Source of the DNA: Squalus acanthias
Lineage: Eukaryota
Reading direction: 5' to 3'
DNA: 64,000 nucleotides
Assembly: GCA_030390025.1 (NCBI GenBank)
Contig: CM059432.1
Coordinates: 101,682,001 to 101,746,000, forward strand
The translations under genes were made by a program, and so were the position numbers. Under the pieces are notes generated by a model that was given only the letters and a program-made list of their open reading frames with translations, ran no database searches and was not told where the DNA came from. Below, piece by piece: positions 50,258 to 62,902 of the stretch (position 1 is the stretch's first letter; the number at the start of each line of letters is the position of its first letter).

Positions 50258-50944
50258 ATTGCAGGACAGATATTCAGCATCGTTTTTTCCGTCCACTGTT
50301 CTGTGAACGAGGTTATTATTATTCAACATCCATGCTGTGCAGAAAGGCACACAAGTGGATAATTAAATATCTCATCAAATTAAATCAAGTAGAAAGAAAA
50401 ATTGAAAACCAATGTAAATATATGCAGAACTCTATTCTTTGCATGTCTCTCTCCTTTGGCTCTGTTCTGCATCTTTCTTCATGCCTATATCCATGATAAG
50501 TTCTGCTGTTATAGATCTTCTCTAACATGCTTGCTCCAATGCTTTTGATTTTCCCCTACACCTTTGTCCAATTGTTGACCTCCTTTCAAGAATTTGTTTT
50601 TATACTTTCTTATTATTTATACGCATAACATGTTTCGTTCATTAAAGTCCTCTTGTTCATAACAGCTTAATCACTGGAGGGTGCTGTACTTGTTTCTGAA
50701 TCTGACTCTTTCCTGCCATTGCACCTATAATATCTTCATATCTCACATACTTCCCATTGAAGTCTGAGCTTAGCCACCTTGCCTATAGCTGTCATATCAA
50801 TCCCAACAATTTAGGAAGAGTCTATATATTATTTCAACATGCCATAAGGTTGAGTCTAGTGTCATTTTGTTCCTCACACTTTGGCATCACCTAATTTCAG
50901 CTAATCAAGTCCAAGTGTGACACAAAAGTTTGCAACTGAGGAAA

Positions 50945-51380
50945 ATGGGTGGCACAGTGGGTTCGATGCTGGCTTTTCACATTTGGGATCTGGATTTGAA
51001 TGGAATGGAATGAAATGAATGATTGCTCACTGTAAGGGTCCTTTATAAAATGAGTTTGGTCAGTCTCTACCCAGTTTCTAGTGGACATAAACCTACAGAA
51101 CATAACTGAGTGAGATTATCAATTAGTGACGAATTAGAAACAGTGAGGCCACAGGATGGCTGGTGTGGGAAATGGAAAAACATGTCACACTGGGCAGTAG
51201 GAATTGCTCTTGTGAAATTAGGGCTGAGGAACATTGATGGGGCAGAGTAGAGGAAGCTTCAATCTGCATCTGGCTTTGATATACCTGACCTGGAAGTGCT
51301 CGATGCTGACACTGGGCGCCTAAAACAGAAGTAGTTTCATTCCCCAGCATCAACATTCCTCACCTTGATGAACGCAAAAA
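50945..51380 (+). mobile_element. LF-SINE-related element
   Basis: aaatgagtttggtcagtctctacccagtttctagtggaca and agggctgaggaacattgatggggcag...ggaagc resemble LF-SINE blocks as remembered; tRNA-like 5' part and A-rich end. Confidence 0.6.
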
Positions 51381-52634
51381 TGAAGGGTAAAAATAAATTT
51401 ACATATATACAGGTCAAAGTCTGATAGATAAAATGCATGCTAGCTGCAACTTTATATATATATATATATAACATATAGATCATTTTTATCAGGAGAGACA
51501 TGCTTAAGGAGGCTAATGTTTAGCATGGAAGCATTGGCAACACTGTGCCATCTCCTTCACGAAGGCCCCTGCTCAGCATACAGGGACTGCCAAAGTTGGC
51601 ATGGTCCTCAATTTTTATGAATTGGGCTCCTTTGCATCTAGCTCGGTGCCAGCCACTTTGTTACCTATAGCTATATCAAAGAGATAACTGATTCATTATT
51701 CAGCAGGGCCAAAAGTTTCATCCCTTTTGCCACTGATCAATAGTGACAACATATGAGGGCAATACAATGCTACAGAACTATTGGTTTACCCAGAGTCCAG
51801 ACAGCCACAGATTGCACCATGCTGTGCTCTATATGACCCAATTTTTTTTATATATCTCAAATTGGGCCCAGTTAGCAACCACTAGCACAGAATGCTTGCT
51901 TCACCTGATGCTCTCACAATGCTTTTGTTTTAAGGCAGTCATCTTCGCCATCCGTTTTTGAAGGGAATGTAGAGTGTATAGATGGTATCAGTGAGACCAA
52001 GACAATCATTGCAGTCATGGCTCATTACACCCAAGTACCAGTCGTGGACACAGAGCACAGATTCAATGAAGCTGACGCTACAACCAAAATTATGAAACCT
52101 AATCACATCGTGAAGCAATGATTCCCATGTCTAGACTGATCAAAGGTAGCTGTACAGTACAACCCCACCTTGGGTTTTCAGAGTAACTGTCATTGGTGCA
52201 CGCTCTGTACCTTCTTCACCATGCTCAAACCACCTTGTCCCACATTGTGCTCCAAATATCGTTTGTTGCCATCTTTTGCTGAGCTCCTGCTGCATTGAAA
52301 CCGATGGCGAACAAATAACACACTGTTCAAGTCAAGTACAAGACATTTATTTTCTATGTTATCTTGTATGTGAATGTTGGCAGTTTTGACTTAGCATGAT
52401 GGTGACCCTTGGTTTTGTCTTATGTTTTAGAAGTTAACACCTAATCTACCACTCCGAAGTGACTTTCTTGTGGAAGGAGCATATTGGATGATTTCAGGGT
52501 TTCATGGAGAGCCTACTGTGATGACCCTAGCCCTCCCAGGCCTGTGCAGTGTGATGGACATGCATTTAAGTCAATGACATTGAGACTACGGTGATTGACT
52601 ATTGCTTCTTGCTTTAAACTGCTCTCTCCCTTAC

Positions 52635-52753
52635 CTGGTGTAATAGACACTTCTGAGGGGTGACCGTCAGTGTTATAATTTGAATGCCTTTTCTCCTGAG
52701 TTATTACAGGAGGGCTTGCAGTTCCTGTCCTGTTAAACTGGCTTTCCAAACAC
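52635..52753 (-). CDS. Candidate host exon (119 bp), CLESQFNRTGTASPPVITQEKRHSNYNTDGHPSEVSITP
   Basis: tttag acceptor, CAG/gtaagg donor, one open frame, non-repetitive context; product not recognised. Confidence 0.35.
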
Positions 52754-53232
52754 CTAAATATATACCAATATGATGAGTATTCAGCTTGCTTTACTTTCTG
52801 AACACTATTTAATTGCTTAACATGCTTCTAATTGTCAGCCTCCAAAATGCAGTTCACAGTCAATTTAAAGGATTGATTCTGGTCCCCTTTCATTTATTGG
52901 TCTATGTTGGAAAGATTGCCCACAAACTGAAAGCTGTAATATTTTGGGTTAACCAGTAGGAGGAAATTCTCTCAGAAACTTTTAGTAATCCACAGTTTAT
53001 TTATGAATAATGCACCAACAACCATTTTGATGCTTTAATTATACAAATTTATCCAGAAGCATGACTCAATAAAGAGAGATGATCAGTCCTTTGTTAGCAC
53101 CGAATACAGTCTGAATAATTCTGAACTGAGCTTTCAGCATTAAAATCAACTCTAATTTTAAAGTAATCTGTATGACTGTTTAAAACTATTTAACTGCTAC
53201 AGTGCCACACTGGAGAAGTGAAAACACACATT

Positions 53233-54205
53233 GGGAGAAATTGAACAATGTTGCACCTGTTTTCTGGGGCATAAAATCAATACTAGGGGGGCAAATTTAG
53301 GGTTGTGATCTCCGGTGCCCCACCTCCCCTGGAAGGGCATTGATTGCCAAATTGGATGCTGGCAACTTCAAAAGGCTAGATTTTTCCAACCTCGGTGGGT
53401 CTGTGGTGGGTGACGTCCATGGCATGTGGAGATCCCGCATCTGTCTCGATCCCGGCCTCCAACAGGATTTTACGTAAATAAGGCTTGCGAGGTTCCCAGC
53501 CAATTAATAGGAAGAGGGTCTGATGACGCATCATCAGCCTGTTTCCTTAAAGGGGCCATGTCCAAAATGATTTTGACAGTTCTGCTGTCAGTGTTCTACA
53601 TCATTGAGGTGCTGCAAACACTGATAAGCACTGCACAGAGGTGCACAGCGGCACCCAGGCTCGCCCATGACTCCTTCCATATGCACGCAGGGAGGTTCTC
53701 TTCCCTTTCCACGGGCAGAAGACACCTCCCCAGCACACCAACGCAGTCTGGTTGCACATTGCACAGGAGGGCACAAGCAGGATTGTCATCAGGAGGACCA
53801 GGCTGCAGTGGCGCAAACCTTTCAATGATCTCAGTAGATCACAAAACATTATTACAAAGTCAAACTCAGCCTCATCCTGCTGTGCCACTCATCACATCCT
53901 CATCTCTCTGCCATCCCTACCCTACTCCTGCACATCCTTACTCACACCAACCTTCCACCTCCAGCCATCCCTCTCTATCTACATTATCATTTCCCCATCT
54001 CACAAGCCACCCCTCACACTCACCCTCATCCTAGTCCACTCATATCAACTAACAAAACTCAAGGGTAGGCACTTGGGTGTTTTAGCCAATGTTCATGTAA
54101 ACTTTCTGTTAATATGTTGTCAAGCATTGAAATCCTTATCATCACCACTTTACCTTTGGCCACCCATTTTGCACCGGAAATTGGAGCAAGATGAATTTCT
54201 CTCCC
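53233..54205 (+). mobile_element. Composite Harbinger derivative with Myb first-exon remnant
   Basis: 53500-53690 is homologous to 9270-9470; QWRKPFNDLSRS motif; outer ends gggagaaatt / aatttctctccc uncertain. Confidence 0.6.
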
Positions 54206-54324
54206 AATTCCATGGCCAGCCATTGAACAATATTGCAACCGCAATTCTTCTCACAAGCAGTCGTAAGCAATCATTATCCACTAATGAAAAACTAACTAAG
54301 TTACCTTGGTTTAAAAAAAATAAA

Positions 54325-55091
54325 GGGCTAGAAATTGGGTATCGCCCTGGTTGGGGCACTAACTTTAGAAAAGTAGGAAAAGTCACGCCAGGCGATCATG
54401 ATTCTCTCTTGATGGGAAATTCCGCTTTAGCGCTCCAAGAGGGAAGTGGTGCACTAAATCAAGCGATAACCACTTCTCCTAGGGCGCTAAAGTCCGGAAG
54501 CAGGGTGGTAGTGGCAGAGCGCTGAACAATTTGGAGCGCATCGCTAACGGCATCAGAGGCTGCTTCCCTCGCTTAAAGGGAAGGGCCAGTGATGTTTCAC
54601 AACCCACTTGTCGGCAGGTCTGCGTTGCAAGGCGACCTGCGCGACTGCCATTACAGCCCCAAACATTCTAGAAAGTGGAGGGCTTGGACATCTTGTAGCA
54701 ATGAAGCGACCAAATATTTCAGCAGGAACCAGACTGCTGAAAATATTAAAGGTTGGCCTACCTGAAAACCCTTCCTTTTAAATTGCACTCCCCAAGCAGC
54801 TGGCGGAGTTGGCAACAACTCCTCTTCCTGCCGTTGTTCACGGCTGGCGATACAGCAGGGGGCAGAAGCCAATTTCACATCAGGGGCGGTAACGGGGCGC
54901 TGCACACTTGATGACGTCATGATCTGCGAGGCGCTCGAGGCCTAGGCGGTAAGAGGTAGTGCCAGCGCTAAACCGGAAATGAATTTCACGGGCGTCGCTG
55001 CATTTGCCGCGCCCAGTTGCTAACCCCTTAACGCCCCACCCCCCCCCCCCCCGGCGCTAACAGGAGGCGCTAAACAACTGAATTTCTCCCC
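54325..55091. mobile_element. Harbinger MITE
   Basis: Ends gggctagaaatt / aatttctcccc, TSD AAA; termini related to the 35759, 45823 and 61372 elements. Confidence 0.8.
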
Positions 55092-56399
55092 AAAATTTGT
55101 TACAGATCCAAATTTATGTATAACTGCTTGTACTGTAAATGAAAGCTCTCAGCAAATTAAGTACATTTCAGAGCTTTACAAATTCTAATTCTGCATTTTA
55201 TTCTTAAATAGTGGATGTTGTGAATGCAGGCATTTAAAGCACTATTACCAACTTCATGCCCGACGATGGAAATATCTGGTAGCTGAGGCTCTTATGGCAC
55301 AAATTGTTTCACCCGCTGAAATCTCTACTTTGGGGATTTTCAATTACCTGAGAGTTGAAAAGCTATCTCACATGATCCCCGAGTGTATCAAACCAAATAG
55401 GCAATTTTAATAGGAGCTAGACGAAACGTGAGCAAGGTCCATCTAGTTCCCCTTCTACCATCCTGGTAGTCGAATGATACAATGATAATGGTGTTGTTGA
55501 CGAATCATAGCAATCAATCTCATTCAATTAGTCTACAGCAGACCCAGAAATAACACAAGAAAAACCTCAGTGGCGGAGAGCTTTGCGAACCATAGGTCTA
55601 ATGTCACAGTTTACCTCCCAAGCATGCTGCACTTTTCACATGTCATGTCTCAAATTACTTATATACTGTATCCCAAAATGCTATTTTCTGAATGAAATCT
55701 ATCTAATTTGCCCTTGAATCAATACTCACTCACTGAAATATTGCTTCCGCTGATCATTTTTATAACATGCATTAAAATTAAATCTTTTTTTTTAAAGAAA
55801 AATACACCTCCATGTTATTTATAAGCAATGTTTTAAAATGAAGTGCAATAAAGTTGACACATGTGACTCCTTCATTGGCTGCTTATAAATCCAATTGTAG
55901 GCGTCTTCAGACCCAGGACTCTCAGACTGCCATGCAGCTGTTGGTTATTTAGACTTTTAAATTTCGACCGTTTTAAATGTTTACTGTTAGTTTGGCTTAC
56001 TTAATTCAACTTTGTTAAAACTTCTAAATATTAGTTATTTCAACTTAACAATATTTTGAGTAATCGGTAATAGCTGCCCCCTGAGTTTATATGGAATGCA
56101 ATTCTCTGACCTGATTCTTCCCTACTAACCATGTGACTGATAATATATTGTCTCGCACGGACCAATCAAAAAGGGATGATTTTTACCACTATTACCACTT
56201 GTACAAATACATAGATTGTATTTCAGTTAGAAATTCTAACAATCTTTAGAACAACCAATATTATAAATTGAATACTTTTCCTACCAACAAATGTACAACT
56301 GGTCCATTCAGAAATTCAGACAGAATATTTATTTTATAACAATCAACATGTACTTTATAAATGTTACATCTATGGCACTTATTCTCTGCAAAACCTCAC

Positions 56400-56478
56400 T
56401 TCCAATTGTCATACTTTTGTAATTTTTTTGTCAACTTTTTCATTATAAATTCTATATCCATATTGTAATCGAAATTGC
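56400..56478 (-). CDS. Candidate host exon (79 bp), NFDYNMDIEFIMKKLTKKLQKYDNW
   Basis: gtgagg donor, phase compatible with 52635-52753; weak acceptor. Confidence 0.25.
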
Positions 56479-56606
56479 CTATGTAGACGTGTCACCCTAT
56501 AATTACACCCTTCTTCCAGTGGTGATGCTGAAGCACTTCAGTTTTGCATCTCCCAGCCCCTCAGCTAGTACTGCGGAGAATCTCCTAAGCTCCAACCGAC
56601 TCGACT

Positions 56607-56720
56607 TGTTTCCTACATTACAACTGTGACTACACTTCAAAATACTCTATTGGCTGTAAAGCGCCTTGGGACGTCCTGAGGTTCTGAAAGGCGCTACATA
56701 AATGCAAGTCTTTTTTTTTT
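56607..56720 (+). mobile_element. Deu-SINE/L2-type 3' tail
   Basis: tttcctacattacaactgtgactacacttcaaaa...aaggcgctacataaatgcaagtc(t)n. Confidence 0.8.
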
Positions 56721-58979
56721 TCCATTTATTTCTCTGCTTCTCAAATTGCCCTAAGTTTTGAGTTTAACTATAAATAATAATAATAAATCAAAGTATTATC
56801 TAAAAAGAAAGACCTGAAGTATGACTTTAAAATGGAGACTGAATTATGTCTGCATGCAATAGTTGAATAATCCTTCCATGCTCTAACCCAACTACACATT
56901 TGTCTTAAACTTGACCCCTACCCCATGCAATTCCACAAGGATATCTGTTTTTATACTATAATAACTTCTGTTTTGATATCATCTGTTACAAGTGCAGGGT
57001 AGCAATAGGGGTAATAATAACCAGAGTGTGACAGGAAGGGACAGAGTGTACAAACATAAGAGTGTACCAGCAAATAGGGCCAGAGTAGGGAAAAATGTTC
57101 AAAAGACAAAATTGAAGGCTCTTTATCTGAATGCACGCAGCATTTGTAACAAGATAGATGAATTGACGGCACAAATCGAAATAAATGGGTATGATCTGAT
57201 AGCCATTACAGAGATGTGGTTGCAAGGTTACCAAGGCTGGGAACTGAATATTCAGGGGTATTTGACATTTCGGAAGGATAGGCATATAGGAAAAGGAGGT
57301 GGGGTAGCTCTGTTAATTAAGGATGAGATCAGTATAGTAGTGAGAAATGATCTTGGCTCAGAAGATCAAGATGCAGAATCAGTTTGGGTGGAGATAAGAA
57401 ATACAAAGGGAAAGAAGTCACTGGTGGGAGTAGTCTATAAGCCCCCCTAACAATAGCTATAAATCAAGAAATAATGGGGGCTTGTAATGGGCGATTATAA
57501 TCTTCATATCGATTGGACAAATCAAATTGGCAATGGTAGCCTTGAGGACGAGTTCATAGAGTATATTCGGGACAGTTTCTTAGAACAATACGTTGTGGAA
57601 TCGACCAGGGAACAGGCTATTTTAGATCTGGTAATGTGTAATGAGACAGGGTTAATTAATGATCTCATAGTACAGGATCCTCCAGGGAAGAGTGATATAA
57701 CATGATAGAGTCATAGCATAAAGTCGACTGGGAAAATAGATTAAATGGTAAGACGGTAGATAAGCAGTGGCAGACATTTAAGGAGATATTTCATAACTCT
57801 CAACAAAGATATAATCCAGTAAGAAAGAAAGACTATGAGAAGGATGAACCATCCGTGGCTAACTAAGAAAGTTAAGGATGGTATCAAATTGAAAGAAAAG
57901 GCAAACAATGTTGCGAAGGTCAGCGGTAGGCCAGAAGATTCGGAAATTTTTTAGAAACCAGCAAAAGATGACTAAAAAATTATAAAGAGGGAGAAAATAG
58001 ATTATGAGAGTAAACTAGCAAGAAATGTAAAAACAGACAGTAAGAGCTTCTACAAGTATATAAAAAGGAAGAGAGTAGCTAAAGTAAACGTTGGTCCCTT
58101 AGAGGATGAGACTTGGGAATTAATAATGGGAAACAAGGAGACTTTGAACAAATCTTTTGTATCTGTCTTCATGGTAGAAAACACTAAAAGCTTCCCAATA
58201 ATAGTAGATAATCAAGGGGCAAAAGGGAGGGAGCAATTTTAAACAATCACTATCACTAGAGAAAATGTACTAGGCAAACTAATGGGACTAAAGGCTGACA
58301 AGTCCCCTGGTCCTGATGGCCTGCATCCCAGGGTCTTAAAAGAGGTGATTGCAGAGATAGTGGATGCATTGGTTGTGATCTTACAAAATTCCCTAGATTC
58401 TGGAAAGGTCCCAACAGATTGGAAAACTACTAATGTAACGCCCCTATTCAAGAAAGGAGGGAGACAGAAAGCAGGAAACTATAGGCCGGTTAGCCTAACA
58501 TCTGTCATTGGGAAAATGCTGGAATCCATTATTAAGGGAGTAGTAGCAGGACATTTAGAAAATCATAATACAATCAAGCAGAGTCAAAATGGTTTTATGA
58601 AAGGGAAGTCGTGTTTGACAAATTTATTAGAGTTCTTTGAGGATGTAACGAGTAGGGTGGATCAAGGGGAACCAGTAAATGTTGTGTATTGATTTCCATA
58701 GGCATTCTCTAAGGTGCCACATAAAAGGTTACTGCACAAAATAAGAGCTCACGGTGTTGGGGGTAATATATTAGCATGGATAGAGGATTGGCTAACTAAC
58801 AGAAAACAGAGAGTCGGGATAAATGGATCATTTTCAGGTTGGCAAACTGTAACTAGCGAAGTGCCACAGGGATCAGTGCTGGGGCCGCAACTATTTACAA
58901 TCTATATTACTGACTTGGATGAAGTGACTGAGTGTACTATAGCCAAATTTGCTGACGATACAAAGATAGGTGGGAAAGC

Positions 58980-59740
58980 GGGTGCACATCCCGCCCCCAA
59001 CCCGCCTCCATGCCATCTTGCCAGGAGGCAGGTAGCCGATCCGCGCTGGGTCCCATCTCCTGGAGGCGGGAAGGGGATTACAGCCACTTAACTGCCTGTT
59101 AACAGGCAGTTAAGAGGATTATCCCCATTTTTCCAAGAGAGGCGCGGGCTTCCCGATGTCGGGAAACCCCGCCAGGGTCACTGAGGTGAGTAATGGGTCT
59201 GCGGGGGTCGGAGGGATGCAAAAGTGCGCTGTGAAGGTAAGTGATGGGTGCAAGTGTGGAGAGGTAAGTATGTGAAGTGAGTGGAAAGTGATAGAAAATG
59301 CTTACTTAACCTTTGTTTCTTCCTGCAGGCTTCAATAGTTGGGGATACAGAGGGTCTTGCATCTCACCGTCAGAGATGACAGATGGCTGCTGCATTCTCC
59401 AATGCAACAACCATCTAATTTCTGCTAAAGAAAAAGGTTTGATGAGTCTTGAATACAAGGACTCATCAAACAACATAGAATGTCAGTGTTTGACAGCTTC
59501 ACAGAGCTGTCAAACGATGACAATTCATCTGTCAAAACTTTTTGACAGATGAAACGTCATACGCTGACGTTCTCTGTAACCGGCTTCTCCTTAATTGGTC
59601 TGCTAAGCCCACTGGGCAGGCTTAACAAGGTCAATCAAGGGAAAATAGCGTGGGTTGGCCACAAGACGATGGAGGCGGGACAACGACCCGACAAGCAGCA
59701 GTCCCGCCTCCAACGCACCCCCATTGGCAAAATTGCCCCC
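58980..59740 (-). mobile_element. Non-autonomous Harbinger, one end lost
   Basis: TIR ggcaaaattgccccc ends at 59740 followed by AAA; 59590-59650 is the reverse complement homolog of 9225-9280. Confidence 0.8.
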
Positions 59741-59774
59741 AAAGAGGCTGCAAAGGGATATAGATAGGCTACGT

Positions 59775-60905
59775 TGTGAAGGAATAAGCCATATAACCTA
59801 TTCAGAAAAATACACCATTGTATGAAAGAATTCTGGCCTTATTAAAACGTGACAAACTGGGTTTGGAAATCTAGAAACCGAACTATGAAAAAGCTGTGAT
59901 AGCATTCTGGCTATTGAGATAAGATAGTTGTTGACACCGAATCAATAACCTTACTGAAACAGAAGGTTAAAGGCTCCTGACAGGCTGACCTTTGGGAACA
60001 AGACAATGGTTCACCCTGTACAAGGTTTTCTAATTTACACTTCGTAAAGAAGCACAAACATCTGCCTTCGTAAAAATGACATTAAGTAAAACGCACCTGC
60101 ATTTACACCGTTTTTTATGGTAAACTTAGAACACCTAGAGAAGAGACATAATTCTGTAATGCTACCAGCTGCGGTGACTGTAAGAATTGCAGGGGTCAGC
60201 ATAAAAATGACTAGAGATAATTAGCTTACATCAGCAGAAAACCTTAAAGGAAATACCACTGGAAAAGGGTATAAATATTGAACTCTCAAATGGGATAGTA
60301 GACTCGCTGTAAAGGGGCAAAGCGATTCTCAGCTTCAGAGGTGGTTCTGTAAGTTTCCAACTCTTTGTATCTCGGGGATCAAAGGTACTGTATTTGACTT
60401 TGGTAGATATCCTGCAGAAAACTAAGAACTCTAAAACTGCGAAGTTAAGATTTGAGAGTAAGGTTCTCTGATAATAGAATTGTAAGCTTTCTCTTTTTGG
60501 AACTGTTAATGTTGTGATTGACTCACCAACTGTAAATTACATGTCAGTTCTTTAATAAATCTATATATTTTTAGAATTGTCTCACATAAGACTTCTGTAT
60601 CAAACTCGCAAACTCAATTTCTGTACACTCTTTGGTGAGGAGTTGCAGAATTCTGGGGAAGTTTCCAGACCCTCATAATATCCGGAATGTTACAGTCTAG
60701 CTAAACTTATTAAAAGTGCTATCTGGAGGACGGTAACATTTTCAGGTTGTTCCTTTCCTTTAGGGAGAGATAGTCCAGACCTTTAGACCCAATTAAGCGT
60801 CTTTAGGATTCGGCTACCTCAAATTTTAGTTGAAAGTGAACGTCTGAGGAATACACCTGATCTGGGGTAGCCCTAAAGGGGCTAGGACTAGTAATTATCC
60901 TTTCA
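59775..60905 (+). mobile_element. Long solo-LTR-like insert (1131 bp)
   Basis: TG...CA ends with weak inverted match (tgtgaaggaataa / ttatcctttca); flanks acgt/atat replacing a single CR1 aagt; TATAAAT near 60270, AATAAA near 60554. Confidence 0.7.
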
Positions 60906-61371
60906 ATATGAGTGGGCAAACATTTGGCAGATGGAATATAATGTGGGAAAATGTGAGGTTATCCACCTTGGTAGGAAGAATAGAAAAGCAAAATATTATT
61001 TAAATGGAGAGAGGCTACAGAATGCTGCGGTACAGAAGGATCTGGGTGTCCTCGCACATGAAACACAAAATGTTAGCATGCAGGTACAGCAAGTAATTAG
61101 GTAGGCAAATGGAATGTTGGCCTTTATTGTTAGGGGGCTGGAGTATAAAAGTAGGGAAGTCTTGCTACAACTGTACAGAGCGTTGGTGAGACTACACCTG
61201 GAGTACTGCATACAGTTTTGGTCACCTTATTTAAGGAGGGATATACTTGCATTGGAGGGTGTTCAGCGAAGGTTCACTAGGTTGATTCCTGAGATGAGGA
61301 AAGGTTGAGCAGGTTGGGCCTATACTCATTGGAGTTTAGAAGAATGAGAGTTGATCTTATTGAAACACATA

Positions 61372-62265
61372 GGGGGAAAAATTAGGTCGCGCCCCATTTG
61401 GGGCGCAAATATTGTCTGGACGCAAATATTAGCGCCTGGCGCTAATTATCGGCACTGACTGGAAACTTCACTTTTACCGCCCCGGGAGGTGAGTGGAGCG
61501 CTAAATCAGGCGCTGCACACCTGTCTTAAGGCGCAAAGGCCAAGGAGTGAGGTGCTAACTCAGAGCGCTGGCGAAGCTCATGTAATGTCAGTCAGCAATG
61601 GAACACACACACAATGGCACGGGCCAGTTCTTAAAGGGGATGGTTAATCTTGCTTTCCATCCACATCCTGTTCATTGCAGCCTTGAATCTCGGCCTGGAG
61701 AGACTTGCACATCAAATGTGCTGGAAAGAACAATGGAGAGTACCAGGCAAAGAGCTCAGAGTGCAGCTCCCACAGTCTCTGCTAAATCGATACAAGGAAT
61801 GGCAAATCAAAATGAACCTGCAAAGTGCTGCTCAGTACCCAAAACTCCTTCACACAACGTTGAATCTCTCCAGAAGTCTCTCCCTCTCGCTCTCAGAATG
61901 CGTAGTTCAAAAATGCCACCAACAATAAAAGACAGGAAGAGGCCCCCTTTAAATAGCGCCCCCCCCCAGCCCCACAGCGATTGATAGCGTTCCAGTCTTC
62001 TGGTCGTTGGATGCGCCAGGTGGTAAGGCAGGGGGCGCCACTCAATTTCCGCTCCGGGGCGCCACAAGGGCGTTGCACCATGGAATGACGTCACAATCTG
62101 CGCGCGCAGGTGGTCGCAGCGGTAAAGTTTAGCGCCGCCGCACAATCTCTAGTTAAGTTCCCGAGCGGCGCAAACATCGCTGCGCCTGGGCGTTAGCGGC
62201 TTTGCGCCCCATTAGCGCCCTCTTAAGGCGCTAACGGGAGGCGCAACCAACTGAATTTTTACCCC
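61372..62265. mobile_element. Harbinger MITE
   Basis: TIRs gggggaaaaatt / aatttttacccc, perfect TSD ATA; CR1 resumes exactly. Confidence 0.92.
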
Positions 62266-62902
62266 ATAAGGTTCTGAGGGGGCTTGATAGGGTAGATGCT
62301 GAGAGGATGTTGCCCCTTGTGGTAGAATCTAGAACTACGGGGCATAGTTTCAGGATAAGGGGTCGCCCATTTAAGACAGAGATGAGGAGGAATTTCTTCT
62401 CTCAGAGGGTCATAAATCTTTAGAATTCTCTACCCCAGATTGCTATGGAGTCTGAGTCAATGAATATATTAAAGGCTGAGATAGACAGATATTTGAGCTA
62501 CAGGGGAGTCAAGGGTTATGGGGAACAGGCAGGCAAGTGGAAATGAGGCCAAGTTCAGATCAGCCATGATGTTATTGAATGGTGGAGCAGGCTCGAGGGG
62601 CCGAATGGCCTACTCCTGCTCATATTTCTTATGTTCTTATGTTAAGTTGTGTATTAAATGGGTAATACCCTTTGTATCCAACTCATGAAGAAGACCTCAA
62701 TAACTCATAAGTGATGCTGTCATTCATGAGTGATGTAGTGCCTCTCACTCAAGGATGAATATATTCGTCTACAGTCTATGTATTTATGTGAAATAATTAA
62801 TATTTTATTTTCATGTATCTAATCATGCCATAAAATATTATTGAATATGATTTACAGATAAAGTTTTAGTACTGTGATTTATTTAGATGAAATCAAATCC
62901 TT

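Larger units (their letters stand above)
56990..62645 (+). mobile_element. CR1 LINE, nearly complete ORF2, same subfamily as 6390-12740, three nested inserts
   Basis: [42 protein letters not shown]; tail tttcttatgttcttatgtt. Confidence 0.95.

Noticed and set aside
53426..54525. 202-aa and 257-aa ORFs
   Set aside because: They run through a Harbinger Myb remnant, its intron and into the next MITE, with no coherent product
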